Below are positions 1-13,011 of a stretch of DNA of 64,000 bases, piece by piece. Within the stretch, counting starts at the first letter, position 1; every line of letters begins with the position of its first letter. The notes below the pieces were generated by a model, which had not been told where the DNA came from, made no database searches, and saw nothing but the letters and a program-made list of their open reading frames with translations. The DNA lies in the NCBI GenBank assembly GCA_002189035.1, contig NEEC01000018.1, positions 186,001 through 250,000 on the forward strand. The letters run 5' to 3'. Made by a program: the position numbers and the translations under genes. The stretch is from Utricularia gibba. Taxonomy: Eukaryota; Plantae; Magnoliophyta.

Positions 1-1510
1 TATATTTAATATACAATGTTGATTCTATATGAATAAATTATATTTTTGAAAGTTTTCAGTAAAATAAAATGTATAATTAAAAATAAAATATAATATAAAA
101 CAATTCATTTTGCTTTTTTACATTTAGACTAAAATTTTTGTCAAATTAATTTTGTCATTCAAATTACGTATATTTTATCTTATTAACAAAAATCATTTAT
201 ATTTTACTCTATCAATAAAATTGATCTGCGTTTTACCTTATCATAAATTCAATTTAATTTTTAATTCTTTTATATGATGTAAAATCGAAAAATATAAATT
301 ATAATAAAATAAATATACAACATAAGTATTATATAATGTAGATTTTCTATGAATGAATTATATTTTAAAGATTTTAATATAAGAATATATAATTAAAATC
401 AAAACATTATATTTAAAAGATAACATTTCATCTGTTTTGTGGTCTCAATAGATTTCATTTATTTGACTAATAAAGTATTTTCTTGATGGTTATCTCTCAC
501 CTTTGATTGAAATTTCATTGTCATGCATGATGATGGGAGCATTGCTGAATTTGTATTTGGCAATGAGCCTCGCGCAACAGAGTAATCATTTGCCTCATGA
601 TCCCAATGATTTCCCTCATATGATGAATATCTAAATGTCGAGTCATTTGAAATATAAAAATTCCTTGGTAATAGAATAATATTTCGTCGTGACAGAAGAA
701 TGAATGAAACATTGAAGATTCTTATTCATGAATGATGGATTTATAGAATTCAAATCAATGAGATTTGATTCATATGCCTCATTTTAATGACGTCTATTTC
801 TTTGTTGATGATTTACAGGTCTCTTATGTTTTGCTGTATTATCACCACCAAGTTTAATTTCTACGTTCAAATAGATTAATTGAAAGTCGAAAAGGAACCC
901 ACTCTTGTTTATTTCATACTAGATGAATATGAAATTTGCAAATATTTATCAAGAAATATATTTGATAATAACCATTTACTTTATCTCGTGCATTTATTTA
1001 AAACTTATGACAAATTTTCATATAAAATAATATATTAGTTCAGAATTTAAATCAATATGACTAATTAATTTACCTTTTGTGCATAACTGCATGGATATTG
1101 ATTTATTTGCTAAATTTTGCAATCACATTCCTTTTTGAAATTTAACTATACAAGTTTCTAATGAATTTATAGCTTCTAATGAATTTCAATCCTAAATATC
1201 AAATCCTATTCAAATTTAAATATTAAATTTTAAATTCAAAAAATATTAATGTATTACAAAAAGACATTTTACAATTTTGTTAAGAATATAAATATGAAAA
1301 TCATAAAGCTAAGGTAAAATTGAAAGATCCAATTTTTTGGTAATTAACAAAGCGCTTAAGAAGTTTGAGTAAATTGCAAAGTAAATAAAAACGTTAGGAT
1401 ATTTGCCCCATTTCCCTGGAATTGGCCACATGGATGTCTCCATACCAGAATTCAATATGCGCCCCCATGTTGAACCCCAGTATAGTCGACTCATCTAAAT
1501 TTTTGATTTT

Positions 1511-1530
1511 ATAATAAATAAATAAATAAA

Positions 1531-1559
<29 letters not shown>
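1511..1559. repeat. Compound microsatellite (AAAT)n + (AT)n
   Basis: Directly visible: ataataaataaataaataaataaatatatata...tatg. Confidence 0.9.
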
Positions 1560-1561
<2 letters not shown>

Positions 1562-2016
1562 TAGAAATATAAAATTTATTTTAATAGATAGATCGAAATC
1601 AATTTTAAAATATGAATATGGAATTAGATAAGCTTGGGCAAACCCATTCATTCCTTCGTTTGTGTTCTAAATCGCTGCGCTGGTTCAGCATCGGATGGTG
1701 AGCTTCGAACCCCAACTGCTTACCACTTCAACATTATTGAATTACTCAAATTACGCAAATAACTCTTACTGTTGAGTAAAACAAAAGAGATAAGCGTTAT
1801 CTTTTATAATTCTATTGGCCTCCTAATCTTTGTTAATCTGTTCGACTTGTGGGGACCAAACCGCAACTCCCCTCAACCCCAAGTATAATTATAGTCACTG
1901 GTTGCCAAGAGACAGTCAATATGAACATCGGATTATGATGATGGTACAGTCAAGTCCCATTGACAACCTGTCACTAGATCCAGGGGGCCCTCCTACTCCT
2001 AGAGGACAAGCACTCA

Positions 2017-3201
2017 TCAACTTGCTTCATTGAATGCCATAACCTGAAAGAAAACACACAAGGAAAAGTTTGCTGGCTGGACTCTCTTTTTGGACAAATT
2101 GCGACATAATATAGAAAAGGAGGTACCTTGTCACAGACGGGGCACCTGTTGCTTCTTTCCATCCACTCATATATACACCCCAGATGATAATGGTGACCAC
2201 ATTCTGTGATAATTTTGGGGTTCTCCAATGTGTATTCTGAAAGGAAGAAATCCATCAGTGGCGTCTCGGAATCAAAAACTGGTCAAACCATGTACACTCT
2301 TTCATTATGTTTAAGAGATTAAATGATCAAAAGCCGACAACAAGAACAAAACATGTCATATTGCTCATGGTACTTTCTCAGAGCAACAAAGCGACATAAT
2401 TTTGCTTACCATCAAGACATGTGGGGCAGACATCTTCATCTTCTGAAGAAGTATAAATATGGGAGAATCCTTCCGCTGACTTGATCGTGGATAACGCAAA
2501 CGATGATTTCAAATAATCATCCTTTGGATCTTCTTCACATGCAACCTGAGTCCATTTGTTTTTAATACTCAAATGTTCAGGTTGTGCATCAACTTCACTT
2601 GCTGTAAATGCTTCAGCTTCCTCATATGAGTGGCTCGAGCCTTTGTCCCTTCCAGAAACCTGCCCGTCACGCTGCAATCCCAAATATCTTGGATCTGCAT
2701 CATAAGGAAGAGGCTGGGGAGGCGGTCGAAACACATTGACTACTGAATTGTCTAGTGAAACCATAGGGATAACAGATGGTGCCACTGGAGAGGATGATGC
2801 CAACGCATGCTGCTCTCTTCCCTGGAAATATGAACAATATTAAAGAATGCGAAGATAACCATGAAATGGACACAAACTTCATGCGAAACATCTAAGGAAA
2901 GCCATAAACCTTAAAGCTTCAACTTATCATTTTATGACTAGTGACAAAACAACATGCTGTAAATTGGAAGTGTTCATGGACGTCAATGCCTAAATGACAA
3001 AGTGCTAAGGAACCCTTCAGACGGCCTACATAAACTTAGAAAATTCATGAGACGCAAGAAGAATGATTTCAGGTAGCAACATACCATATGAACAAAGTCC
3101 CTAAGGAAGAATCGAAGAAACATGCAATTCCTATAATCTGCACTGTTTTCAGCTGTCAAATCTTCATACTCGTCCCTCATGGAGCAGCAAGAAGCACCCA
3201 T
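2017..3201 (-). CDS. RING-H2 (C3H2C3) E3 ubiquitin ligase, At3g02290-like; 4 coding exons, about 221 aa
   Basis: Exons 3201-3085, 2821-2410, 2236-2127 and 2043-2017 have GT..AG borders and consistent phases. N-terminus MGASCC..NC, conserved PPQPLPYDADPRY, RING CPTCLDEYTLENPKIITECGHHYHLGCIYEWMERSNRCPVCDK, C-terminus VMAFNEAS*. The exon 2 acceptor is inferred (see findings). Confidence 0.92.
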
Positions 3202-3990
3202 TTTCATAAGAGACAACAGTTAAAGAAGAGCCCCTGCAATGTCCTACAAATTGCACTTGATCGTAAGTAGAGCTGATGATCAAGTGAGACAAAGTCCCAA
3301 TTTCTATAACATGAATGGCAGAGAGGTGACAAAAGATCGCATAATGTCGGCCAACAATACGAACCAGCACCCTCTCCCCACAGAAACTAGTCCCAAATAC
3401 TTTTTTCTAGAGAAGCACCAATAAGGTGAACTCTCCTGCAAGATGACAGCGAATAGAAATCAGCATCTCTAACAAGAAACAAATAATTCTCCGGAACGTA
3501 AATCCAATTCGGCTAACCGAGATTAGAACATATAAAAACCGAAAATTTTGAGCAATCATTGCTTCTATTATCAAAACATATGCTTTTAATCGATTGATCA
3601 TCAAAAGCCAAACCCCAAGAAAAAAACTTAGACAGAGAACGTCCCGTCCCACCCAGATTATATAAATCTCAGCAACTGAGGGATATAACCAATACGTATG
3701 TAAAGAAACAGAAAACGAAATCCCAAAGAGGCAGCATGATTCTGAAAACCGAAAGGAATAGGAAGAGGCAAGGGGAGTCACCGGAGAGAACGTATTCAGG
3801 GAAAGACTGAAGGGGTCGTCTTTGAAATCTTCTGGAAAGAAAAGGGAGCAGAGGCGCGTTCCTGGAACTCCACCCACCTCAATAACAAGACTATTGCCTA
3901 TTGGCGTATCTAATCCACATAACAATAATATCTGGGGATTAGTAAAAAGATAAGATAAATCAATATCATCAAGTACGGCACCCACATTCA

Positions 3991-3996
3991 CACGTG
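3991..3996. promoter_or_regulatory. G-box (CACGTG) upstream of the RING gene 5' region
   Basis: The hexamer sits at the border between the RING 5' region and AT-rich intergenic DNA. It is a single short motif and its function is unproven. Confidence 0.25.
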
Positions 3997-6131
3997 CCAG
4001 GGCATCGCATGGAAGTAAATTACATTTATCAGAGATATTTGAAAAGTTTTAAAACTTTTTTTATTATGAAATTATATATAATTTTGTTTTTGTTTGAAAA
4101 ATACTCAAGATTATTATTTTTGAAATAAATAATATAACTCATTCAATAATAATATTAAGAAAATTACATTAATAAAATAAAAATTTAAAAAATTTTACAA
4201 AATGTAAATAATAAATGATATAAATTATTCAAAAAATAAAAGTATAATAACAAATATTAATAAAATATTTTAAAATTTTAAAAGCCTATTAACTATAAAA
4301 ATATATAGAATTTTTAAAAAATTAATCTACAATTCTTTTAGAAGTTAACCAGAATTTTAGTTTACATATTTAGTAAAATTATCTAAATGTAAATTTCCAT
4401 TAATATATAACAATTTCCTATAGTAAATGATTTATTATAGTAAAATTTAAAATTTAAAATATGAAATTTTAAAGTAATATTTTTAAAATATGATGCATGA
4501 AAAAATAATTTAAATGTACATAAAAAAAGAAAATTTACAAATATTTTAAAATACAATAAATCAAATGAAATTTATATTATCACTCTAATCTTATCAATAC
4601 TATTCTCTACTTTTCCAGTATTACTTATCTATTTTCATATGGTCTTTCCTAAATCACCATCACACAACATAAATTATTTTTTTCCCACTTTACATGTTAA
4701 AACGCATTATGATAAACAGAAAATTTTATTATCATTACAATAAAAATAAAATTTTATATTAAATAAATTTATAAACTCTAATTTTCATAAAATATAAATT
4801 AAACACAAGATAATAATGAAATTTCAAGATCGATCACAAGAAACAAATGTTTCCTATGTATCTTAACTCATATAGGATTACATAATGATTTTCATCTTAA
4901 TCGAAGGTTGAACTAATAGGGATACACAAATTTAATAATTAAAGTTGAGTTACAAAGTAGAAAGTAAATAGTGTTGGATTCGGTTTTGATTTTGTTCTTT
5001 AAGTTGAAGAGTCTTCTTTCAGAAAATCGCATTCATCTTCTTGGTGCCCCTTAATCTCCCCTTGTGTATGCTTTGCTCAATCCCCTTTTTTTTCCTTCTC
5101 TCTCCTCTAAAATATCTTCTAATGTCTTCCTTCGGCTAAATTGGCAAAATACACAAGAAAATTTACTTTGCAAAGTAACTAAGTTTACTTTCAACATTTG
5201 CAAAGTAACTAAGTTTTCAAAAAATATTTTTAGCATAACTAATATTATATAACAATTAATTATCAATATTATTTTAATGAATTACTAAATCATTTCAAAA
5301 TTTAAAAATATTATCATAATGCAAGAAAATTTTAAATTAGTATTTTAAATAAACAAATAAATATTTTTGGCATATGATAAAAATATGTAAACTAAACAAA
5401 TAATGCCTATTTATGTAGAATACTTGAAATTATTACTAAATTTTATGAATTTTTTTTGAAATTAAATAAATATTGTAAAAAAATAAAACTCACACTCGAT
5501 TATAATTATAGAATCATAAAGAATGCATTTCATTTGGAACTTTCGGATTAATCCCCTATGACTGGTGGTCTTTACACTCGATTAAAATAAAACTCACTCA
5601 ATTTTTGACATAGGCGAAGATTTTCACCTATGATTGATGGTCATCTTTTGTCTGGGTGGCGCCTCCCTCAAGTTCTCGTTGGAACTTTCCAATTAATCCC
5701 CTTAGTCCCTTTAGAGTGAAACTCTCCAACATGCATTAGTCCTCATCCGAATCTAGGGAGGCTTTATATGAAAGGATTACCCGAGGCTCCTTTTGATTTG
5801 AAACTCGTGCCCTTATGTTTTCGAGTGAGTCGTTGAAGAGGTCTGGCATTATCGGTCGTTCCCGTGACCTCCACTAGCCAGATATCGTGCCCTCCGAAGG
5901 TACCAGTTTCTCAACTCCTCCCTCTGGCCATCCTCCGAGTCTCCACTCATCCCGGCTTCATCCTCGACTACCCAAATAGCTCAACCCGTGGCCCCCAAGA
6001 AAAAGAAAAGGGTTAAGGCACTTACCCATAAACCCTCTAAGAAGCAAAGAGGTAGTTAGGTTCTACTTCCCGTTTTTCAAACTCGAAACGGGGTCTTATG
6101 GTTTTTCCGCTCTCTACTTGCAGCTGAAGAT

Positions 6132-7300
6132 ATGGCCCGCAGAAGTGCCTTGGAAGATTCGGTGATGGCCCGCTTCTCGGCGGAGATGCAGAGGGTACAG
6201 GAGTTTGAAGCGGTTCCTTCTGAGGTCCAACCGAATGTTGATGATCCCCCTGTCGAGGAAGATCGAATAACAGAGGTCTCCGAGGCGCGTGAACCGACTC
6301 CTCCTCTGCCAGCCGAAAAGGGGAGGGAAAAGATCCCGACTTCACCCGATCTTAGCGAAGCCCCGGCTTGCGGCACAGGGCTTCTGTTGGTGGGCACCTC
6401 CACATCGGCTCCCCCGAACGAAGCACAAGGAGGCCCCGCTCCGATAGAGGTTGAAGACGATCCAGCTCTTCCTCCGTCTTTAGTTCCTACTAAATTAAGA
6501 AGGATGCTAGATGAAGCTGTGCCGAGTCTTCCGGATGTTCAGGTGAAAGTTATACTGAAGCGGATTTGGCAGGTATGAGCCCTTTTCCTTCTCGGTACCA
6601 TTCATGGCCGATTCCTAACTTAATAGTCTCCCCCCAGGCACTGACTTTCAGATGGGGAATGGCCAAGAAGATTGGCTCCCAACCGGAGGAAGTTCTTCGC
6701 CTCCAAAGACATGTGGAAGCCCAGGATGCCAAGATGAAGCTGATGGCAGAGGAAGGAAGCTCATTGAGGAGCATTCTCAGTAAGCGCGATTGACGCGAGG
6801 AGGAACTGCAGAATTTAATTGAAGAGATGGGAAAGCGATTGACGACGCCAAATCGGAGAGAGAGGGCTTCCGAGTAAGATTTGAGGAAACGGAAGCCGAA
6901 TTAAATGAGGCCAAAGATCGCATCGCGACTCTAGAGTCCGAATTATTAAATCGAGAGGCGTCTCGACAAGATCTTCTGGAGAACTTCGTCAACTCAGCAT
7001 GCTTTTCGGAGTTATCCGATATCTATGCAGGGGATCTGATCGATTTGCTTCTCTATCGGCAAAGGCGTCAGATCAGCCAAGAATTCGGATTGTCCATTAT
7101 GGATCCACGCTTCGACAGGGTCAATCCTCTGACAAAGGATGAGAATATGCTCGATGTTATTGCATATGCTCATCCTACACTTGAACTCAGATTCGAGGCT
7201 GATCGGGTGCGCTTGATTACCCTTATCCGGGCTAGAATCGGGAGAGAGAACGAGGCCAAGCTGCAGGCAAGGCTTCGAGGGCATGTTGGACCTTCGGTTG
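6132..7300 (+). pseudogene. Decayed antisense ('extra') ORF of the Tat-like element: acidic/Pro-rich region then coiled coil, with one intron
   Basis: ORF 6132-6572 joins in frame through a 65-nt GT..AG intron (6573-6637, CTAAC branch-like motif) to ALTFRWGMAKK...; an in-frame stop at about 6791 and a frameshift precede the heptad-like EETEAELNEAKDRIATLESELL. Confidence 0.55.
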
Positions 7301-7739
7301 GTCCCGCAATGATCTCCCTCCTCCTCCTGAAGTTTAACTTCCTTATCTCTTTTTTTGTTGAACTGATGTTTTTGTCCTTGATTTTGGGGTTTTTGGGTAC
7401 TTTGAGATCCCGGTTCGGGATTTTTCTTTCTAATTTACTTATATTTTGCTTCTATTGCTTTCGTCTTTACTGATATTTACGAGTTGCATGATTCGTCAAC
7501 TCCGGTCCGGGCTTTTCGCTCGAGTACTCTCTTATAATCGCCCGATTTCCGCTAAGGACATGCTCGGAAACCCCTTAGGCTTAAGCCATCTCCCTACTCC
7601 GAATACGTCTTCAGCTGGTTGGATCTATGCTTTCAAGGCATAGCTGGATCGGCTTCGGGCAGGTTTACTCTCCCAATATTCGGCAGCATGCCCTTTATTT
7701 AGAGTTTTTTCGGTGTGTTATACGAACGGTATTTAGGGG

Positions 7740-8460
7740 GGACTGGTGCCTAAGTTGTGTTAGGGCTGGCCCTTGTTATCAGTGTCTGGGTTTTGGGGGG
7801 AGTCCCTATTCGGTTTGTTGTGCCCAGGGCGGGTTTAAGCCTGGGGGCTTACGCAGACGGTTGCAGGGGAAACTGATACCCAAACTATACTAGGGCTTAC
7901 CCTTATCACTGGAGCCTAGGTTTTGGAGATCACCTGTTTAGGAGAGAGCCTCGAGTCGGTTTGTTGTGCTCATAACGAGGCTTAGATTTGGAAAGTTCGC
8001 CAAGGCTTTTGTGACCTGGGGGATAGGTGTCTTTTTGACAACCCTTTGGTTGGACTTTTTGATTTTGGATTACCTTAGTGTTTCCTTACTCGAGCTGAAC
8101 CGCTGCTAGGGAAGTAGACCAAGGCCCCTCATGGGTTGAGTGACTTCCCCAATCCGATTGGGCCCTCTTCTGGCCAAAATCCCATTGTTTTGAACATGGG
8201 TATAGATTTGCTTTGGGTGCTCTTGCCGTCTCGAGGTTCGGCAGTAAGATTTGAACTTAAGGGCTTTTTCGAGGCTTATCCTTATCACTAGGGCCTGGGT
8301 TTTGAAGATTTTACATTTAGGGGGGATCCTGAGTTGATCTGTTGTGCCCGACAGGGGGCGTTGATTAAGAAGGTTTGCCTAGGCTTACATGACTTGGCGA
8401 GGGCTTATGGTTTAGATTTGGAGAGTTTGCTTGGGCTTATGCGATTTGGCTAGAGCTTAT
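7740..8460. repeat. Degenerate direct repeats in the Tat-like spacer
   Basis: Recurring blocks: cttatcact..gcct(a/g)ggtttt and gtttgttgtgc at about 7780-7830, 7900-7975 and 8280-8350, plus gggcttat repeats at 8390-8460. Confidence 0.6.
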
Positions 8461-8483
8461 GATCTTGCTAACCCATCTCCGCT

Positions 8484-8950
8484 TTGGAGGAATTTATAAC
8501 CATCCATGTGTTTCGACGAAGAATATACCGAATCTAGAAAGGACAATTTTTACGTGGAAACCGCCGTAAGATGGAAAAACCACGGAGCTATCGGAGCTCG
8601 CCGGAGAAGATTTTTTCTAGACCGAGGTGCTGATGAGAATGATATAAGCTGACGATTTCTCCTTGGTCCCCCCTTTCATTATAGTTCCTTCTATTTATAT
8701 AAGAGGACTATCTGGCCAAATCCCCACTTCTGCAAGTGTCGGCTACTTTTACACCTGCTGTGCGATCTCACTTTTCAGATATTGGCCGCCTGTTCTGCCA
8801 TTATTTGGCTGCTTTTCAGACTGTGTCATACGGCCGCCGCTGTCGAATCTATGACACAAATCGGTCTGTTGGCTAACGGTATCCTGCTAGAGTTTCTTTT
8901 TGCAGCCTTTCAGGAGTCAATTGCCCCAGCTGATTTATACCCCATCAACA
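8484..8950 (-). mobile_element. Tat-like LTR (about 470 bp)
   Basis: On the minus strand it starts TGTTGATGGGG, has TATATAAATAG near 8700 and the R/U5-type motif GTGGTTTTTCC..GGTTTCCACGTAAAA. It is homologous to 23930-24458 (shared 17-mer GCGAGCTCCGATAGCTC) and to 38045-38238. Confidence 0.65.
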
Positions 8951-8992
8951 ATGCTTCTGGATAGGAAGATCAATGTTAAATTTGTGTAAGCT

Positions 8993-9014
8993 TATATATA
9001 TATATATATATATA
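8993..9014. repeat. (TA)n microsatellite
   Basis: About 11 TA units, directly visible. Confidence 0.9.
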
Positions 9015-11448
9015 ATATAATGACATTATGAAATATTCTATTGGCTAACAATGGTGTGTATAAGTAAAGCTAATGAAATTCACTACGGAACATGAAAACT
9101 TTTATGATTGAGCTACTATGATATTTAAGAGAGCTTTACATTCAAAACCTAGACACAATCATCATATGTCATCATGATGGAGATTGAGATGGAAGGAAAG
9201 TGTTCCAAAATGTGTTATGAGGTTTTGGGTTTGCTATTGAAGGATTTTAATACTGTTAACCTGTGTTTTGTATTGATGCGACTCACTTGTATGGATGATA
9301 CAACTACAAGTTGTTGGTTTGTGTTGGTGTTTGATACTAAAAACTATATTTTCTCAATTGTCTATGCATTCAAATACGGAAAATCAATAGACGGTTGGGA
9401 ATTTTTCCTTCTTAATCTCTCTAATGATGTTATTCATGATTGAAAATATGTTTGTGTCTTCAATATGGTTTTGAGTTAATCGATGTTTACGACATTTACG
9501 CTTTAGCCCTCCCCTCCCCTCCCCCCACCCCTTCTTGTGGCATATGTCGATGGTGCAATTTACATACTAGAAAAAATTGTTATTACATATTAATTTGAAA
9601 TCAAAGTGCTTGAGATAATGAATCAAAAGAGCTTTCTATGATAATACTGAGATTGATTCCAATATGACCATGGATGAGATAGCAATATATTTGATTGATG
9701 CATATTACTATTTAGAAAGAATAAACAAAAAAAATTAGTATTACTATTTAGAAAGAATAAACAAAAAAAAGTAGACATTATTTTATATTAATAGAAATTG
9801 GTAAAAAATTTGTTTTATTATTAGTTTAATTTAATTTAGATAGCTTATTTTCCCAACATACAAGTATACACTTATGACTACAAATCACGTTGAGTTTATG
9901 AACAACATTTTACGATCAACAAGATGTTAACCTTCAATTGCACTTGCAAAGGTTATACGATTTACAATTTAGTTTCACATATTAATAGTTTCTAATGTCA
10001 CCACAACTTTTTAGGTGACCTTCAAAAAGACACGTAAATATTTCAGATGTCACAGATCAGAGACACTATCACAAAAGAGAAAGGGGATTCTATTGTGACA
10101 CAAATCTATATGAAGTATCAGGAAGCATCAAAGCAACTAACAATGCTTAGATGCATATCATATGATGTGAACAAGCAAACATGTAACGTGCAATCTTGGG
10201 GTCAACATTCCATGCGAACATATTGACTTAATGTTTGAGATCAAACTTGTGACTACAGTATATGACATATAAATAGATATCTTTATTCTAGTGTGCAAAT
10301 GATAAGTCCTGTAAAATTAGTTAGTACAATTATTTAAAAATTATCAATTTAATAAATATTTTACTTTACAAGGTTGTCAACAATCTTGATTAAATCCTAT
10401 ATTGTGAAGACAATTGTGTATTACCTGACATCGAACTTAATGAATACATACAAAGGTGAAGTTTCGTCCTATACGTGATGAGAGCTAGTGGGCAGAATCA
10501 ATATTTGAGCTCATTATTGACCCATCAAGAAGAATAAAGTTGGATTACAACTAGGCTTAGAGGATCAGTAGATTTTCATAAAAGAGGAAGAGGAAAGTTT
10601 AGAGTAACATAAATTAACGAAGAAGACACATATGTTAGGCAAGATGACGTTTTTCCAATCAACGCACTATTCTTGCTAACCAACTTATAGACATTTGTCA
10701 TTTGAGAGAGTACAACCCACTCAAGGGCAAATACTTCAGTTATTTGACTATCGTTGTCCTTTTCCCATCCAACTCAATTGTCATTCACTGATGAGACTAT
10801 AGTTAATAATTGAGTGACGCGTCTACATTGTACTTCCTTTTTTAAAAAGGTAAAAAGTATGTTTAAGAAAAAAAAACAGAAATAAATTACAGAATCCATA
10901 AAGTATCTTGTCATATTCTTGTTATTATTTAATTTTATAAAATGCATTGTAAAAAATCCAAAAATATACACTATTATTTCAAAACTCATTTAAATAAACT
11001 ATTTTATATTTTAAGTTCAATGATCAGTAAATTGAAACTTCATAAAAAGTTAGGGATTTATATGAATTTTATGATTTATGAATCATTATTATGCATTTTA
11101 CTAACAAAAAATTTAATGTATTTTATGCATTTTCATAAATTTGATTTATTTTCACATTAATTTATAAATTAATTTTACGTAATAATAATTCATAAATTTA
11201 TGAATTATGAATTTATTCATAATATTAATTTTGTATAATATTAATTCACATTATTCTTTACGTTAACTAATTTACTGTGTATATTATGTAACATTGTTTT
11301 TATATTAATTTAATATTGCATGATATTAATTCATATTATTTTCTATGTATACTTTATGAGTTAATATACATAAATCTTAAATTTACGCATTTAATGGATA
11401 ATTTATTAATTAATTGTATTTTAATATTTTCTTACAGAGTATTGAACC

Positions 11449-11723
11449 TTTATTATAGAAGTATCAGTATTTTGTAAAGTAATTCATAAATCTAACACAT
11501 TTTACGAACAAAAAAAAGTAAGATAATTTAAAATTTAGAAAAAAAATTCAAATAAATGCTAAACAAAAATACTAAGACATATACACCACCGATTATCCCC
11601 ATCCCACCCCAAGGTGACAACCCGCTTCTCGTGTTTCAAAGTAGGCTTTCAACAACAATTACATGACATGTGTATTATCATTTATTAATTTATGCTAACT
11701 GCAAATACCAGTTACCGGTATCC
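11449..11723 (+). repeat. Copy 1 of a 275-bp direct duplication flanking the solo LTR
   Basis: Runs tttattatagaagtatc...gttaccggtatcc and aligns end to end with 13012-13287 at roughly 90% identity by eye. Confidence 0.95.
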
Positions 11724-13008
11724 TGTCATAACCCGGGTAGAAGTATGTTGCATTTCGATGATAATTCAGCATGCAGAGGAGCTAAGAGGGACGAATATGG
11801 AGTGGCTACGAGGAACCCCTCTGCCTGGCTGTCCGCGCGCAAAGAGTCGGTCGGATCCGAACACGGCGTGCAACTCTTGTCAGAGGTGTACCGAACTCTT
11901 GGGCGAACCCCGAGAGTGCTTGTGGGAGGGACCCACTCGAGCTACGGGACTCTGTGCGATCGAGCAAGCATGCATGCCCAAGGGATGGTAAGTGACGCAC
12001 TGGATGCTGGGTAGAGAGTGATCGCGAGCCCAAGTGATAGGTGAGACATGGCTGGTGAGGATTGGTCCAATGGGGTGTTGGAGAAGGGCCCAAGGGCCTA
12101 AGAAGAGTAAGAGGGCTGACCTTTCGTATACTGAGCCCGTAAGGTGAAGGGTTGGAAGATGAAAGGGCTCAGAAGCCCAACAGTCAGGAAGTAGTATATA
12201 AGGGCTTGGCATGGTGCCGGGTTAGGGATTGGAAATTAGAGAAGGAGCGCCACCATGCCGAGATATGGAAGGAGAAGGTCACGATTTGGCAGGAGGGGAA
12301 GGAGCCACACGAAGGTAATGGGAAGCATGAGCCGGATCGTACGAACAAGGGCCGAAGGGCCGTAAGTTGATGAGCCTGAAGGGGCGGGGTTGGACCCTTC
12401 GCCGAGGTATCTTCGATGGCAACCCAACGTGAGTTTGGGGGTAGATATCGCCATGAGCTCCAAAGGGAGCAGGGTTGGGACGGATCACCGTGACTGGTAT
12501 CCCTCTCGACGGTAACATGATGTGCCATCCCGGGATGCATGCCCCTTGTGACCAATGGGTCTTTACGATATGTGTGTTTATGTTCTTACGATGATATGTG
12601 TTAATAATATGCTTATGATGATATGTGTCATGCTTATGGTGATGTGTTTATGGTTGGTAGTGTGGTCTACTCTATGCATATGTTGACTCCCTTACGAACT
12701 TATGTGTAGGTGAAGGTTCTGATCGTGCAGAGACTAGCGGAGAGGCGGAAGGGCTGACGGAGTGAACTCGGAGGATTGGGAGACTGGGAAATAGAAGCTG
12801 CTGTTTTGTTCGTGTTTTCCTTTATGTTCTTATGTGATTTCATGGATTATGTTGAACCTTCTTTGCCGTATTTATGAATAAGATATTCCCCAATAATCTC
12901 ATGTCCATGTGGGTTAAACGGATCAAATCAAAGCTACCTAGAAGACAGGCCACGTTTCTGGGTGGAGTAACGACCATGGCTGCCAGGCCCTCTTCTTGGG
13001 TCATTACA
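11724..13008 (+). mobile_element. Solo LTR, Ty3/gypsy Tekay/Del-like (1285 bp)
   Basis: Ends TGTCATAACCC...GGGTCATTACA (TG..CA with an imperfect terminal inverted repeat). GC-rich, with no PBS, PPT or internal domains. Orientation and lineage are tentative. Confidence 0.75.
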
Positions 13009-13011
13009 CAT

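Larger units (their letters stand above)
5740..8950 (-). mobile_element. Ty3/gypsy Tat-like LTR retrotransposon relic lacking gag-pol (LTR + repeat spacer + antisense coiled-coil ORF)
   Basis: GC-rich island in AT-rich DNA. It has an LTR at 8484-8950, a degenerate repeat spacer, and an ORF opposite to the LTR orientation. No gag, RT or integrase motifs were found. The left boundary is approximate. Confidence 0.55.

Noticed and set aside
420-900. Coding-like patch in the AT-rich left end
   Set aside because: No frame gives a recognisable motif or consistent splice signals.
3407-3991. 194-aa minus-strand ORF upstream of the RING gene
   Set aside because: It runs through the T-rich 5' UTR/intron region of the RING gene, has F/L/I-biased low-information composition and shows no domain.
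9780-10790. Additional LTR-like relics
   Set aside because: The composition suggests old retroelement DNA, but no termini, TSD or internal homology could be established.
11670-12555. Cluster of overlapping 70-125-aa ORFs on both strands
   Set aside because: All lie inside the GC-rich solo LTR, where stop codons are scarce, and none has a recognisable motif.
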